Assembly (NCBI GenBank): GCA_964435455.1
Contig: CAYSYH010000001.1
Span: 1-52,644, forward strand
DNA from: an uncultured Candidatus Saccharibacteria bacterium
GTDB lineage: Bacteria; Patescibacteriota; WWE3; 2-01-FULL-39-13; JAACPI01
DNA: 52,644 nt
Reading direction: 5' to 3'
Translations under genes and position numbers: made by a program
Notes under the pieces: model-generated
The model's input: only the letters and a program-made list of their open reading frames with translations
Databases searched by the model: none
What the model was told of the DNA's origin: nothing
Part shown: in pieces, positions 26,389-35,504 of the stretch
Layout of the letters: every line of letters begins with the position of its first letter
Numbering within the stretch: the first letter of the stretch is position 1

Positions 26389-28401
26389 TTATATTTTTAA
26401 GTTTATTTTTTTTAGTGTTAGGGCGTTAGCTACTACTATAACTGTAGAAAGGCTCATTACTAAAGCTCCTATTTCGGGTCTTAAAAAGATTCCAAATGGT
26501 GCAAAAGCCCCAGCAGCTGCTGGAATTGCTATAATGTTATACCCCAAAGCCCAAATAAGATTTTGTATCATTTTTTTATAAACTTTTTTAGACAAAATTA
26601 TTAATTTAACAACATCTAAAGGATTACTTTGTGTTAAAACAATGTCTCCCGCTTCAACTGCTACATCTGTTCCAGCTCCTATGGCTACTCCCACATTAGC
26701 CTGGGTTAATGCAGGTGCATCATTTACTCCATCTCCTACCATTAAAACAACATAGCCTTTGCTTTGTAGTTTTTTTATGTATTTATATTTATCTTTAGGC
26801 AAAACATTTGCAAAGTATGTGTCTATATTTAGCTCTTTTGCAACCAATTGCGCTACTTCTTTGTTATCTCCTGTAAGCATAGCTGTTTTAATTCCCAAAC
26901 TATGCAATTTTTGTATAGCCTTTTTTGCTTCTTTTTTTATTTTATCTGATAATGCTATAACTCCTAATAGCTGATCTTTATTTGCAACAAACACCAAAGT
27001 TTTTCCTTTAAATTTATTTTCAATATTTTGTGTACTTATTCCTAACTCTTTTAGTAAAGCTTTGTTGCCTATAAAATATTCTTTTCCTTGTATTGTTGCG
27101 GTTACTCCTTTACCTTCAATGTTTTTAAAGTTTTTTATTCTAGGTATTTTTAAATTTTTATTTTTTGCGTATTTTAATATAGACATTGCTATAATATGTG
27201 CTGAATGCTGCTCTAATGCAGCTGCTATTTTTAAAATTTCTTCTTTCTTTAACTTTTTATTAACCGATATTATATCTGTTATGCCAAATTCACCTTTAGT
27301 TAATGTCCCTGTTTTATCAAAAACTACCATATTAACTTTCTTTAGAACTTCTATTTTTTCTAAATTTTTGATAAACAAACCATTTTTTACTGCCAAAGAT
27401 GTAGTTATGGTTGTAACTGTAGGTATTGCTAAACCTAATGCGTGAGGGCATGCAATTACTAAAACTGTAATTGCTAAAGTTATAGCAAACACAAAAGGTT
27501 TACCTATAATTAGTGTCCAAATTAACAATGTTACTAATGCGGTAGTAGCTGCACTAAAAGTTAAAATTGATGCAGCCTTGTCTGCAATTTTTTGTGATTT
27601 AGGTTTTGTTGATTGGGCTTTTTCAATTAATTTTTTAATTTGCCCAATTGTAGAATTTTCTCCTACTTTTGTTAATTTTATAGTTATAGAAGAATCTAAA
27701 ACAATAGATCCCGCATTGATAGTATTATCTTTACCTTTTTTAACTGGTTTAGATTCTCCTGTTATGTGTGATTCATTCAAATTTGCTGTTCCCTCTATAA
27801 TTACACCATCTGCTGGAACTTTTTCTTCGGGTTTTACTAATACTATATCTCCAATTTTTAAATTGCTTATGTTGGTATCTTCAATTTTACCTTTGTTTAT
27901 TATTTTATGAGCTTTTTTAGGTAATAGCTTTTCTACTTCCATAAGAGCGTTTCCTGCTGCCGAACCTGATTTTGCTTCTAAATAATGCCCAAACAGTAAA
28001 ACCCATATTAATGTTGATATTTCTAAATAAAAGTTTGTATTTATGGATGGTATAAAGGTGGCTGCCACCGAAAAGAGGTACCCTGCCCCTACAGCTATAG
28101 ACACCAATGTCATCATTCCATATGTTTTAGATTTTATTTCCATCCAAGCATGTTGAAAAAAGACCCATCCTATTACAAAAATAAGGGTAGCAATACTAAA
28201 AGCCACATATTTACTTGATATAACAGGGGGTAAGCTTAATATACTTGCTATTTTTTGATTGGTAAAAAGCAATGGTATTAGTAAAAAAGTTACAACCCAA
28301 AATCGCTTTAAAAATTCTTGGGGAGTACCATGCATACCATGTCCGCTAGTGTGGGTATGAGGGTTATCATTACAGCATACTTGTTTATTGTGGTTATGCA
28401 T
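26389..28401 (-). CDS. copB: Copper-exporting P1B-type ATPase, CopB-like (CPH motif, His-rich N-terminus)
   Basis: DKTGTLT phosphorylation site, TGES, a TM6 CPH motif (VIACPHALGLA), GDGVNDAP, and the N-terminal MHNHNKQVCCNDNPHTHTSGHGMHG. Confidence 0.9.
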   Translation of the reverse strand: MHNHNKQVCCNDNPHTHTSGHGMHGTPQEFLKRFWVVTFLLIPLLFTNQKIASILSLPPVISSKYVAFSIATLIFVIGWVFFQHAWMEIKSKTYGMMTLVSIAVGAGYLFSVAATFIPSINTNFYLEISTLIWVLLFGHYLEAKSGSAAGNALMEVEKLLPKKAHKIINKGKIEDTNISNLKIGDIVLVKPEEKVPADGVIIEGTANLNESHITGESKPVKKGKDNTINAGSIVLDSSITIKLTKVGENSTIGQIKKLIEKAQSTKPKSQKIADKAASILTFSAATTALVTLLIWTLIIGKPFVFAITLAITVLVIACPHALGLAIPTVTTITTSLAVKNGLFIKNLEKIEVLKKVNMVVFDKTGTLTKGEFGITDIISVNKKLKKEEILKIAAALEQHSAHIIAMSILKYAKNKNLKIPRIKNFKNIEGKGVTATIQGKEYFIGNKALLKELGISTQNIENKFKGKTLVFVANKDQLLGVIALSDKIKKEAKKAIQKLHSLGIKTAMLTGDNKEVAQLVAKELNIDTYFANVLPKDKYKYIKKLQSKGYVVLMVGDGVNDAPALTQANVGVAIGAGTDVAVEAGDIVLTQSNPLDVVKLIILSKKVYKKMIQNLIWALGYNIIAIPAAAGAFAPFGIFLRPEIGALVMSLSTVIVVANALTLKKINLKI

Positions 28402-28402
28402 A

Positions 28403-28672
28403 TTATTTATTTTTAGCTAATTTATAAAGTTCTAATATTTCCTTTAAAGTTGTTGGGTTGTTTTGACCTCTTACATTTTTAATGACACATGTTGATAAAT
28501 GATCCTCTAATAAAATATCCTCTACGCTAGATAATGCTTTTTTAACTGCAAGTGTTTGGTTAATAATATCTACGCAATATGTATCTTTGTTAATCATTTT
28601 TTGCAAACCTCTAATTTGTCCTTCAATTATTTTTAATCTTTTTATAGCTTTTAGTTTAGTTTTTTTAGTCAT
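28403..28672 (-). CDS. csoR: Copper-sensing repressor CsoR (DUF156 family)
   Basis: 89 aa. The C-H-C ligand set is present (C33 in DTYCVD, H58 and C62 in EDHLSTC). The stop lies 1 nt before the copB ATG. Confidence 0.85.
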   Translation of the reverse strand: MTKKTKLKAIKRLKIIEGQIRGLQKMINKDTYCVDIINQTLAVKKALSSVEDILLEDHLSTCVIKNVRGQNNPTTLKEILELYKLAKNK

Positions 28673-28678
28673 AAATTA

Positions 28679-28708
28679 ATGATACCATACGGGGGAGGGG
28701 TACGTCAA
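28679..28708 (-). promoter_or_regulatory. csoR-copB promoter with CsoR-type operator in the spacer; probably a leaderless transcript
   Basis: The minus strand reads TTGACG, then the 18-nt spacer TACCCCTCCCCCGTATGG, then TATCAT, then 6 nt, then ATG. The G/C-tract pseudopalindrome TACC-N12-GGTA (28683-28702) is the only G+C-rich element in this intergenic region. Confidence 0.55.
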
Positions 28709-28805
28709 CTAAATTATTGCCCGACCTTTCTTATATTTACTTGCTTTTGCTATGGTAATTTGTTTTTAGGTGCAGATATAATGTATTATTTTAACAGGCA
28801 TTAAA

Positions 28806-28891
28806 TGGTGCCGGGAGTGGGAGTCGAACCCACACGTCCAAAGGACACCGGTTTTTGAGACCGGCCTGTCTACCAGTTTCAGCATCCCGGC
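28806..28891 (-). tRNA. tRNA-Leu (anticodon CAA), class II, encoded CCA
   Basis: Hand fold: acceptor GCCGGGA/TCCCGGC, anticodon arm CCGGT CTCAAAA ACCGG, long variable arm GTCC TTT GGAC, T arm GTGGG TTCGACT CCCAC. Confidence 0.9.
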
Positions 28892-28960
28892 TTAAACTTG
28901 TATAATTATAATGTAATAATTATATTTGTACAAAATTATAAAAAATCCTTAAAAAATATA

Positions 28961-29037
28961 TGGTGGACCGTGGGGGATTTGAACCCCCGACCTCTACAAT
29001 GCGAATGTAGCGCTCTATCCAGCTGAGCTAACGGCCC
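28961..29037 (-). tRNA. tRNA-Ala (anticodon CGC), G3:U70, encoded CCA
   Basis: GGGCCGT TA GCTC AGCTGGATA GAGC G CTACA TTCGCAT TGTAG AGGTC GGGGG TTCAAAT CCCCC ACGGTCC A CCA. Confidence 0.9.
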
Positions 29038-29101
29038 TTTATATTATTATAGTTTAAATAAAGATGTTTTACACTAAAAATTATTATATACTTTACAATA
29101 T

Positions 29102-29851
29102 ATGCCAGTAATAAGACCTTGTGTTTTAAACGTTAATAAACCTTTAAATTGGACAAGTAGAGATGTACTAAATAAATTGCAAAAAATATATAAATTTAAA
29201 AAATTTGGGCATGCAGGCACCTTAGACCCTTTAGCAACAGGGGTCTTATTGGTTTTAGTTGGATCTCACACAAAAAAGCAAAGTTATTATATGGGTTTGC
29301 CCAAAGAATATAAGGTTAGAATTTTTTTTGGGTTGTACTCCCCTACCTTAGACTTAGAAGGACCTTTAAAATATGTACCACTAAAAAAACCTATATCAAC
29401 AAACAATATTAAAAGATATTTAGATTCTAAACTAGGTGAACATCCCCAAAAAGTGCCATTTTATTCCGCAGTAAAAGTTAAAGGGGATCCTTTATATAAG
29501 ATTGCACGTAAGAATAAAACTACAAAAATTCCTAGTAAAAAGGTAATATTATACAACTACAAAATACTGGACTTTAAAAATCAAAATCCTAAAAAAGACT
29601 ATTTACAAGATATTAATGGTTTAGATTACAAAAAAAAACTTTATATTTTAAGAAACTCTTTGCCCTACGTAGATTTATGGCTTAAAACAGGAAAGGGCTA
29701 TTACGTCAGATCTTTAGCAAGGGATTTAGGTGAATTTCTCAAAACTTCTGCGGTTGTAGGAAGTTTACAAAGAGTCGCTGTAGGCGATTTTAATGTTAAA
29801 GATTCGTTATCTTTGAAATACTTTGAGTCTCAACCAGATTTGATTTACTAG
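29102..29851 (+). CDS. truB: tRNA pseudouridine55 synthase TruB
   Basis: GHAGTLDPLATGVLLVLVG catalytic Asp motif, 249 aa. Confidence 0.85.
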   Translation: MPVIRPCVLNVNKPLNWTSRDVLNKLQKIYKFKKFGHAGTLDPLATGVLLVLVGSHTKKQSYYMGLPKEYKVRIFFGLYSPTLDLEGPLKYVPLKKPISTNNIKRYLDSKLGEHPQKVPFYSAVKVKGDPLYKIARKNKTTKIPSKKVILYNYKILDFKNQNPKKDYLQDINGLDYKKKLYILRNSLPYVDLWLKTGKGYYVRSLARDLGEFLKTSAVVGSLQRVAVGDFNVKDSLSLKYFESQPDLIY

Positions 29852-30800
29852 TATTTTCCGAATGATTAAAAGAGTATCTTATAACGCTTTTATTTTGTTT
29901 TTCTTTATAAATAAAGCCTGTAGATATAAGTAAATTAAAGAACAAATAATTTATTAAGGTAGTTGCTGATGACACGAGTTTAAGACCAAAGCTAAGATAT
30001 CCAAATATTGTAATTGCTAAAAATATTTTAATAGGTATCTTAAAACTCTCAATATATAGGTAAATTTCTTCCCTCATGCTTTTTTTAGTATTTTCTAATG
30101 CTTTTTCTTTTAGTTTATTTAACGTAGGAGTTTTAGAAGTGTTTAACAATGCAATAGCTGGATTACTCTGAAAGTTAATTCCATATTTTTTTACTAAATC
30201 CTTTAAAATTTTTTTGTCGCTATAGGGATCTAAATCTACCTGATTAATATTAACATCTGATTTATCAGTTATTTTTAAAGCTTTATCCCCTGCTATATCT
30301 ATTATTTTATTTACGTACTTTTTTACAGTTTTATTATTAGGTGTTAAATCTATTTGAGTATAAAAAGTTAAAGATATAATAGCGGATATTGATAAGGCTA
30401 ATAAAGTATTTATACTAATAAAAAAACTAAATAGGGGTATTTTTAAATAAGTTTCTTCTGTTTTTAGCATTTTTGCATAGCTGGCTATAAAGGGAATTAT
30501 AAGAAATAAAAAAAATAAAAATTTTAAAGACCAAAAAGATATATCTGTAAATAAAGTAACTGAAAATAAAAAAAAGAATATAGGCAAAATATAAAAAAGA
30601 TTTAAAAAGTCTCCATCTAAATTAATTAGTGAAAATACACCTAAGCTTAAAGATAAAAAAACAAAAAATATGCTAATTTTTATATAAGTTTTTATTTCTA
30701 GTAAGTTATCTAAATTTATATATTGTATGTTTTGCAAAGCACCTATCAAGAATATTAGACTAACTAAAAGTAAAGATGCTTTTTTTACGCTAAAATTCAT
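29796..30800 (-). CDS. Polytopic membrane protein of unknown function
   Basis: Several hydrophobic helices at both ends around a ~110-aa soluble loop. ATG start. The 3' end overlaps truB convergently. Confidence 0.55.
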   Translation of the reverse strand: MNFSVKKASLLLVSLIFLIGALQNIQYINLDNLLEIKTYIKISIFFVFLSLSLGVFSLINLDGDFLNLFYILPIFFFLFSVTLFTDISFWSLKFLFFLFLIIPFIASYAKMLKTEETYLKIPLFSFFISINTLLALSISAIISLTFYTQIDLTPNNKTVKKYVNKIIDIAGDKALKITDKSDVNINQVDLDPYSDKKILKDLVKKYGINFQSNPAIALLNTSKTPTLNKLKEKALENTKKSMREEIYLYIESFKIPIKIFLAITIFGYLSFGLKLVSSATTLINYLFFNLLISTGFIYKEKQNKSVIRYSFNHSENTSKSNLVETQSISKITNL

Positions 30801-30897
30801 TCTATAGTTCTATTTAAAAAAGGCAGTTGCTTTTTAATTGTAATTAAAAAATTAAATATACTCAAGTTTAGAATAAGCGTAATTAATTTTTGTTTTG

Positions 30898-32637
30898 CTA
30901 TTTGGATTTCCAGTTTTTTAAAAAAGATGTTAAATCATTTAAATTTATTATTTTTTCTTCTTCTTTAGTTTTTAAATTTCTAAATTTAACCTCTACCCCA
31001 CCCTTTTGTAAGCTCCTCTTGCTTAAAACTATTCTTACAGGAAGCCCTAGAATATCTGCATTTTTTAATTTTTCACCGGCGCTTGCAGTTTTTCTATCAT
31101 CCCAAAGCACGTCTAACCCTGCCCTTTCTAACTTGTATATTATATTTTTAGCTTGTTCTTTAAAATCTTGTTCCAGAGTAATAAAATAAATGTCATAAGG
31201 AGCTATTTTTTTAGGCCATACAAGCCCTTTTTCATCATTAAAAATTTCTGCAATTATTCCCATAAGCCTTGTTATCCCTATGCCGTAACTTCCCATATAA
31301 ACTAACTTTTGGTTGCCATGTTTATCGCTGTAATAATAATTTAAAGCTTTAGAAAATTTAGTTTCTAGCGGAAATATATTACCTGCTTCGCTAGCTTTAA
31401 ATACTTGATAAGGTTCTCTAGTTTTGGGATATAAATCACCTTTTTTTGCAATTTTAATATCGTAAAAATCTTTGGGTTTTGGTAAATCTACTCCCCAGTT
31501 TACATTTATATAGTGATATCCTTGTTTATTTGCCCCTAGTTCAAAATTTACAAGTTCCTTTGTAGATTCATCTACAATAATTTTAATTTCTTTTGGTAGG
31601 TTTATTAACCCTGCGTATCCTATTTTTGATCCTGTTAGTTTTTTTACTTCTTTTTCTGTAGCCAGCCTAATAATTTTTACCTTTAATATCTTCTTTAATT
31701 TTAGTTCATTCACCTCGTAGTCTCCTCTAACAGCTGCTGCTACAAAGCCTCTATCGGTATAATAAATTAAGGTTTTTATTGTATTATTTATAGGAATATT
31801 TAAGAATTTTGCTAAATCTTTAACCGTTGTTATATTAGGGGTTTTAACTAGTCTTTTTGCTTTTTTAATTTTATCTGTTTTTACGTTTAAAGATTTTGAG
31901 GGCGCAATCTCTTTATTAAAAGCTTCATTAGTACTTTTAGCATAAAAAATTGTATCTTCGCCATTTTTGCATTTTACCTGAAATTCATGCGAGTAATTAT
32001 CTGTAAAATCTCCTCCGCTTGCTGCTGTTATATATGTTAAATTTTTTAATCCTAATTTGCTATATATGTTCCAATAAGCTTTTTTAGCCTTTTCATAATA
32101 TTTCATTAAATCTTTTTTGCTTGTATGAAAGCTATATAAATCTTTCATTATAAATTCTCTTGTTCTTAACATTCCTGATTTAGCTCTTGGTTCGTTCCTA
32201 AATTTAGTTTGTATTTGATAAACTGCAAAAGGAAGCTCTTTATAGCTTACAACATATTTTTTAGCCAAATCTGTTAATAAGTCTTCATGTGTAGGGTTTA
32301 AAACATATTCTAAGTTGTGCTTTATTTCCGATTCCTTATTTGCAGGAACTACTTTAAATAGAACATCTAAAGTTTCATACCTTCCTGTTTTTTGCCAAGT
32401 TTCCTTTGGGGCTAAGGAGGTTAATAAGAGTTCTTGTCCTATTTTATCCATTTCTTCCCTTACAATATTTTCTATTTTTTTTACTACTTTAAGGCCTAAC
32501 GGTAGTAAAGCATATACTCCAGACATAACTTGGTAAACATAACCAGCTTGAATCAATAATGATGCATTTTTACTTGAGAATTTTTTAGAACTTTGCGTTT
32601 TTACCGACTTTCCAAAAAGTTTTGAATATCTTTGCAT
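30898..32637 (-). CDS. proS: Prolyl-tRNA synthetase, bacterial type with insertion (editing) domain
   Basis: Class II motifs (FRNEPRAKSGMLRTREFIMKD, GSYGIGITR), a central insertion domain and an anticodon-binding C-terminus. The ATG at 32637 is preferred over the GTG at 32652. Confidence 0.9.
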   Translation of the reverse strand: MQRYSKLFGKSVKTQSSKKFSSKNASLLIQAGYVYQVMSGVYALLPLGLKVVKKIENIVREEMDKIGQELLLTSLAPKETWQKTGRYETLDVLFKVVPANKESEIKHNLEYVLNPTHEDLLTDLAKKYVVSYKELPFAVYQIQTKFRNEPRAKSGMLRTREFIMKDLYSFHTSKKDLMKYYEKAKKAYWNIYSKLGLKNLTYITAASGGDFTDNYSHEFQVKCKNGEDTIFYAKSTNEAFNKEIAPSKSLNVKTDKIKKAKRLVKTPNITTVKDLAKFLNIPINNTIKTLIYYTDRGFVAAAVRGDYEVNELKLKKILKVKIIRLATEKEVKKLTGSKIGYAGLINLPKEIKIIVDESTKELVNFELGANKQGYHYINVNWGVDLPKPKDFYDIKIAKKGDLYPKTREPYQVFKASEAGNIFPLETKFSKALNYYYSDKHGNQKLVYMGSYGIGITRLMGIIAEIFNDEKGLVWPKKIAPYDIYFITLEQDFKEQAKNIIYKLERAGLDVLWDDRKTASAGEKLKNADILGLPVRIVLSKRSLQKGGVEVKFRNLKTKEEEKIINLNDLTSFLKNWKSK

Positions 32638-32659
32638 AATATAGTTATACACTTATTTT

Positions 32660-33118
32660 TTACTTTATAAAAGGGGTTATGTTGATATAATTTTTTATTA
32701 AATTCTCATTTTTAAAAAAAGGTTTACTATTTTTTTTGCAATCGTTTGGTTTTATGGGGTTACTAAAACCCAATAAGGATATTACTTTATTTTGGTTTTT
32801 TAAATTTACATCAATTTTTAAACCTAGTTTGTCTTTATTATTTTTTATATATAATGTTTTTTTAAAATATAATATCTTTATTTTATTATTTATAAATTGT
32901 AAACCGTTGTTATGCCCCACAACTTGTATTGTTGTATTATTTTTTGGCATTTTAATAACACATTTTTTATTTTGTATTTTTTTACTTAATAAATCAAAAG
33001 TTGTTTTAGGTAGAGTTTTTGTTGTTTTATTTTGTGGTATAAGTATATAAATTAAACCTATTATTACAAATATAGATAGTATTATTTCTGTACCCCATTC
33101 CTTAAATTTTTTCTGCAT
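32660..33118 (-). CDS. N-terminally anchored hypothetical protein
   Basis: One TM helix (GTEIILSIFVIIGLIYILI) followed by a Lys/Asn-rich domain. Same strand and tight spacing with proS. Confidence 0.45.
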   Translation of the reverse strand: MQKKFKEWGTEIILSIFVIIGLIYILIPQNKTTKTLPKTTFDLLSKKIQNKKCVIKMPKNNTTIQVVGHNNGLQFINNKIKILYFKKTLYIKNNKDKLGLKIDVNLKNQNKVISLLGFSNPIKPNDCKKNSKPFFKNENLIKNYINITPFIK

Positions 33119-33788
33119 ATAGCTTTAATAATTTATTATTTAATTCTTTTTTAGCTTGTTTGTAATAAGGGCAGTACGTCGCCACTAGTTCCCAAAATTC
33201 TTTTTTATGGTTTTTATGTTTTATATGAGCAAGTTCATGAATTATAACATAATCAATTACTTCTTTTTTATAAACCAAAAGTCTTAAGTTTAAGTTAATG
33301 TTATTTTTTGCAGAGCAACTACCCCATAAAGATTTTTGGCTTTTAATAAAAACCTTATTGGGTTTTAGGCCCATAACTTTAGAATAAATGCTTATTTTTT
33401 GCATAAAATAGCTTTGTGCTATTTTTTTATACTCTTTTTTTATACTCTTTTTTATATTTTGGTTAGTTATGTTTTTGTTATAATATAAATTAACAATGTT
33501 GTTGTCATAATCTACAATAACATATGTTCTTTTTTTGCTATATTTTTTAGTTTTAAGCTTATAGGGATTCCCAAAAATATAATAGATATTTTTTTTATAT
33601 TCTTTATATATTTTCTTATTTTTGTTAGATTGTTTTTGTATCCAAGTATAATGTTTTTCAATTAATCTATTTATATACTTTTTATTTATATTTATAGGTG
33701 TTTTTACTATTAAGATTCCGGCAGGACTAATTGTTAAGGTTACTTTTTTTATTCTTTTTTTGGTTGATATAATTTTGTATTTTATCAT
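33102..33788 (-). CDS. YgjP/DUF45-type zinc metallohydrolase
   Basis: WGSCS ... VIIHELAHIKHKNHKKEFWELV (HExxH followed by the H..FW motif). Confidence 0.75.
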   Translation of the reverse strand: MIKYKIISTKKRIKKVTLTISPAGILIVKTPININKKYINRLIEKHYTWIQKQSNKNKKIYKEYKKNIYYIFGNPYKLKTKKYSKKRTYVIVDYDNNIVNLYYNKNITNQNIKKSIKKEYKKIAQSYFMQKISIYSKVMGLKPNKVFIKSQKSLWGSCSAKNNINLNLRLLVYKKEVIDYVIIHELAHIKHKNHKKEFWELVATYCPYYKQAKKELNNKLLKLYAEKI

Positions 33789-33791
33789 TTG

Positions 33792-34472
33792 TTATATTAG
33801 CCCTTCCTCTTTAAAGCTAAAATAGTTTGTTTTTCCAACTATTATATGATCAATAAGTTTAATACCTAGTATTTTGCCAGCTTTTTGTAGTTTTTTAGTT
33901 ACATTTATATCTTCATAAGATGGTTTTACTATTCCCGAAGGATGATTATGTGCTATTATAATTTTACAAGCTAAATATTTAATTGCAGGCTCAAAAACCT
34001 CACGTGGGTGTACTAATGACTGTGTTAAAGTACCTATACTAATTGTTTCCATTGCTAATTCATTGTTTTTTACATCTAGATAAAAAACTATAAAATGTTC
34101 CTTTTTGCTATTTTTAATGTGTGTTAATCTATTATAAATATCTCTTGGAGTGTGAAAATTTTGTAACTCTTCTTGTTTATTAATTAATCTTTTTGCTAAT
34201 TCTAAAGAGGCTATTATCTTTCCTGCTTTAACCTCTCCTACCCCTTTTATACCTTTAAATAATTCCATATTTAGTGGTTTATTTAAATCAGATTTTTTTA
34301 GTTTTTTTAAAACTTTTTGGGCTACATGGAGCACGTTATTATTTTTAGTTCCACTGCTTAATATTAGTGCTAATAGTTCCTTATTGTTAAGTTTTTGTAT
34401 TCCATATTTTTGCAGCTTTTCCCTTGGTCTTAATATTTTTGGTAATTCTTTTATAGTTTTTTTAGTACTCAT
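33792..34472 (-). CDS. radC: RadC-like JAB-domain protein
   Basis: N-terminal HhH region (GIKGVGEVKAGKI) and the JAMM motif IIAHNHPSG. Confidence 0.85.
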   Translation of the reverse strand: MSTKKTIKELPKILRPREKLQKYGIQKLNNKELLALILSSGTKNNNVLHVAQKVLKKLKKSDLNKPLNMELFKGIKGVGEVKAGKIIASLELAKRLINKQEELQNFHTPRDIYNRLTHIKNSKKEHFIVFYLDVKNNELAMETISIGTLTQSLVHPREVFEPAIKYLACKIIIAHNHPSGIVKPSYEDINVTKKLQKAGKILGIKLIDHIIVGKTNYFSFKEEGLI

Positions 34473-34682
34473 TAGTTAGTATGCTGTGTTTATTAAAATA
34501 AATACTTAAAACCTAAACACTCTAATTCTAGTCTAAATTAATATAATATTAAAATAAAGTTTTATTTATAAATTAAATTTATACCTAAAATGCAGGTATT
34601 TGATATTTATAATTTTTACTTTTGTTGAGATTTTTATTATTAAGATTATTTTTAGTGAAGCTTTTTATTGTGCATTACCTTC

Positions 34683-34979
34683 CTAATAGTCTTTGCTTTC
34701 TTTTGGTGTTCTTAGCCCCCAAAACCCTAGCCCTACACCGGCAGAAACAGCCATAATGTTTATTTCAGACATATTTTGCGGTAGTTTATCTACCATCCCT
34801 AAAACTAAAATAATAGGGGGTATAAAAAAGAAACAAACTCTACGTCCTATATTGCGCGCTGTTTCTAAATTTTTAGGATCAACTCCAAAAACTCCTTCAG
34901 CAAGAGCTGCAGCTGCGCCGTTTATCCCTGCCGATATTAAAAACCCTAAAAAAGGGTAAGCAGCTGTTTCTGGACTCAT
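34683..34979 (-). CDS. Small 3-TM glycine-rich membrane protein (paralog of 35059-35337)
   Basis: Hydrophobic helices, C-terminal AVSAGVGLGFWGLR. Colinear similarity to the neighbouring gene. Higher G+C than the flanks. Confidence 0.55.
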   Translation of the reverse strand: MSPETAAYPFLGFLISAGINGAAAALAEGVFGVDPKNLETARNIGRRVCFFFIPPIILVLGMVDKLPQNMSEINIMAVSAGVGLGFWGLRTPKESKDY

Positions 34980-35058
34980 AGTATTTTAAAATATACTATA
35001 CAATGCTATTTATGTCAAAATTTATAAGGAAGTATTATTTTTACTAAACTTACCTTAT

Positions 35059-35337
35059 TTATTCGTTAACGTGTCGCCTGTAAGATTCCAAAAAACCTAA
35101 AGACATTCCTACAGCCAAAGGTATTAAGGCTTCGCTATCTTGTATAGGCATGCCTAGTTCGCTCAACCCCAAGGCTACCATAACTCCTACAAAAGGTAGC
35201 CATGCAAACTTACCTACCTCCTCGTAGTTTTTTATTTTTAATAAAAGATTCAATGCTTCTACTGGACCAAATGTACTAATTAACCCTAGCATAAAAAAGA
35301 GCACATTACCTTGGGTGTATTCACCAATTTCAATCAT
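35059..35337 (-). CDS. Small 3-TM glycine-rich membrane protein (paralog of 34683-34979 and 13315-13593)
   Basis: YTQGNVLFFMLGLISTFG ... ALGLSELGMPIQDSEALIPLAVGMSLGFLESYR. Confidence 0.55.
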   Translation of the reverse strand: MIEIGEYTQGNVLFFMLGLISTFGPVEALNLLLKIKNYEEVGKFAWLPFVGVMVALGLSELGMPIQDSEALIPLAVGMSLGFLESYRRHVNE

Positions 35338-35504
35338 ATTATACTACTTTTTACTATAATTGTTATTTATGTCAATATTTTATTTATTTAACGTTTCTGT
35401 TGTTGCTAATTTAAAAATTATTTAGTTATTCTATAACTATTATTAAAATATTTAACTATACAAACCCTCGCATTAAAAAACATGATGCTAATTAATGTTT
35501 TTTA

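Noticed and set aside
30811-30840. AAAAAAGGCAGTTGCTTTTT downstream of proS as a terminator.
   Set aside because: The possible stem is only 4 bp with a 2-nt loop, which is not a credible hairpin.
33421-33455. Short tandem repeat (TTTTTTATACTC twice, then a partial copy) that looks repeat-like.
   Set aside because: It lies inside the DUF45 gene and encodes an in-phase Lys-rich stretch (KKSIKKEYKK). It is far too short and unspaced for CRISPR or any regulatory array.
34693-34959. 88-aa plus-strand ORF opposite the 98-aa small membrane protein gene.
   Set aside because: The product is Pro/Ser/Lys-rich without helices. The minus-strand product has TM helices and a colinear paralog next door on the same strand. 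Both strands are open because the segment is G+C-richer.
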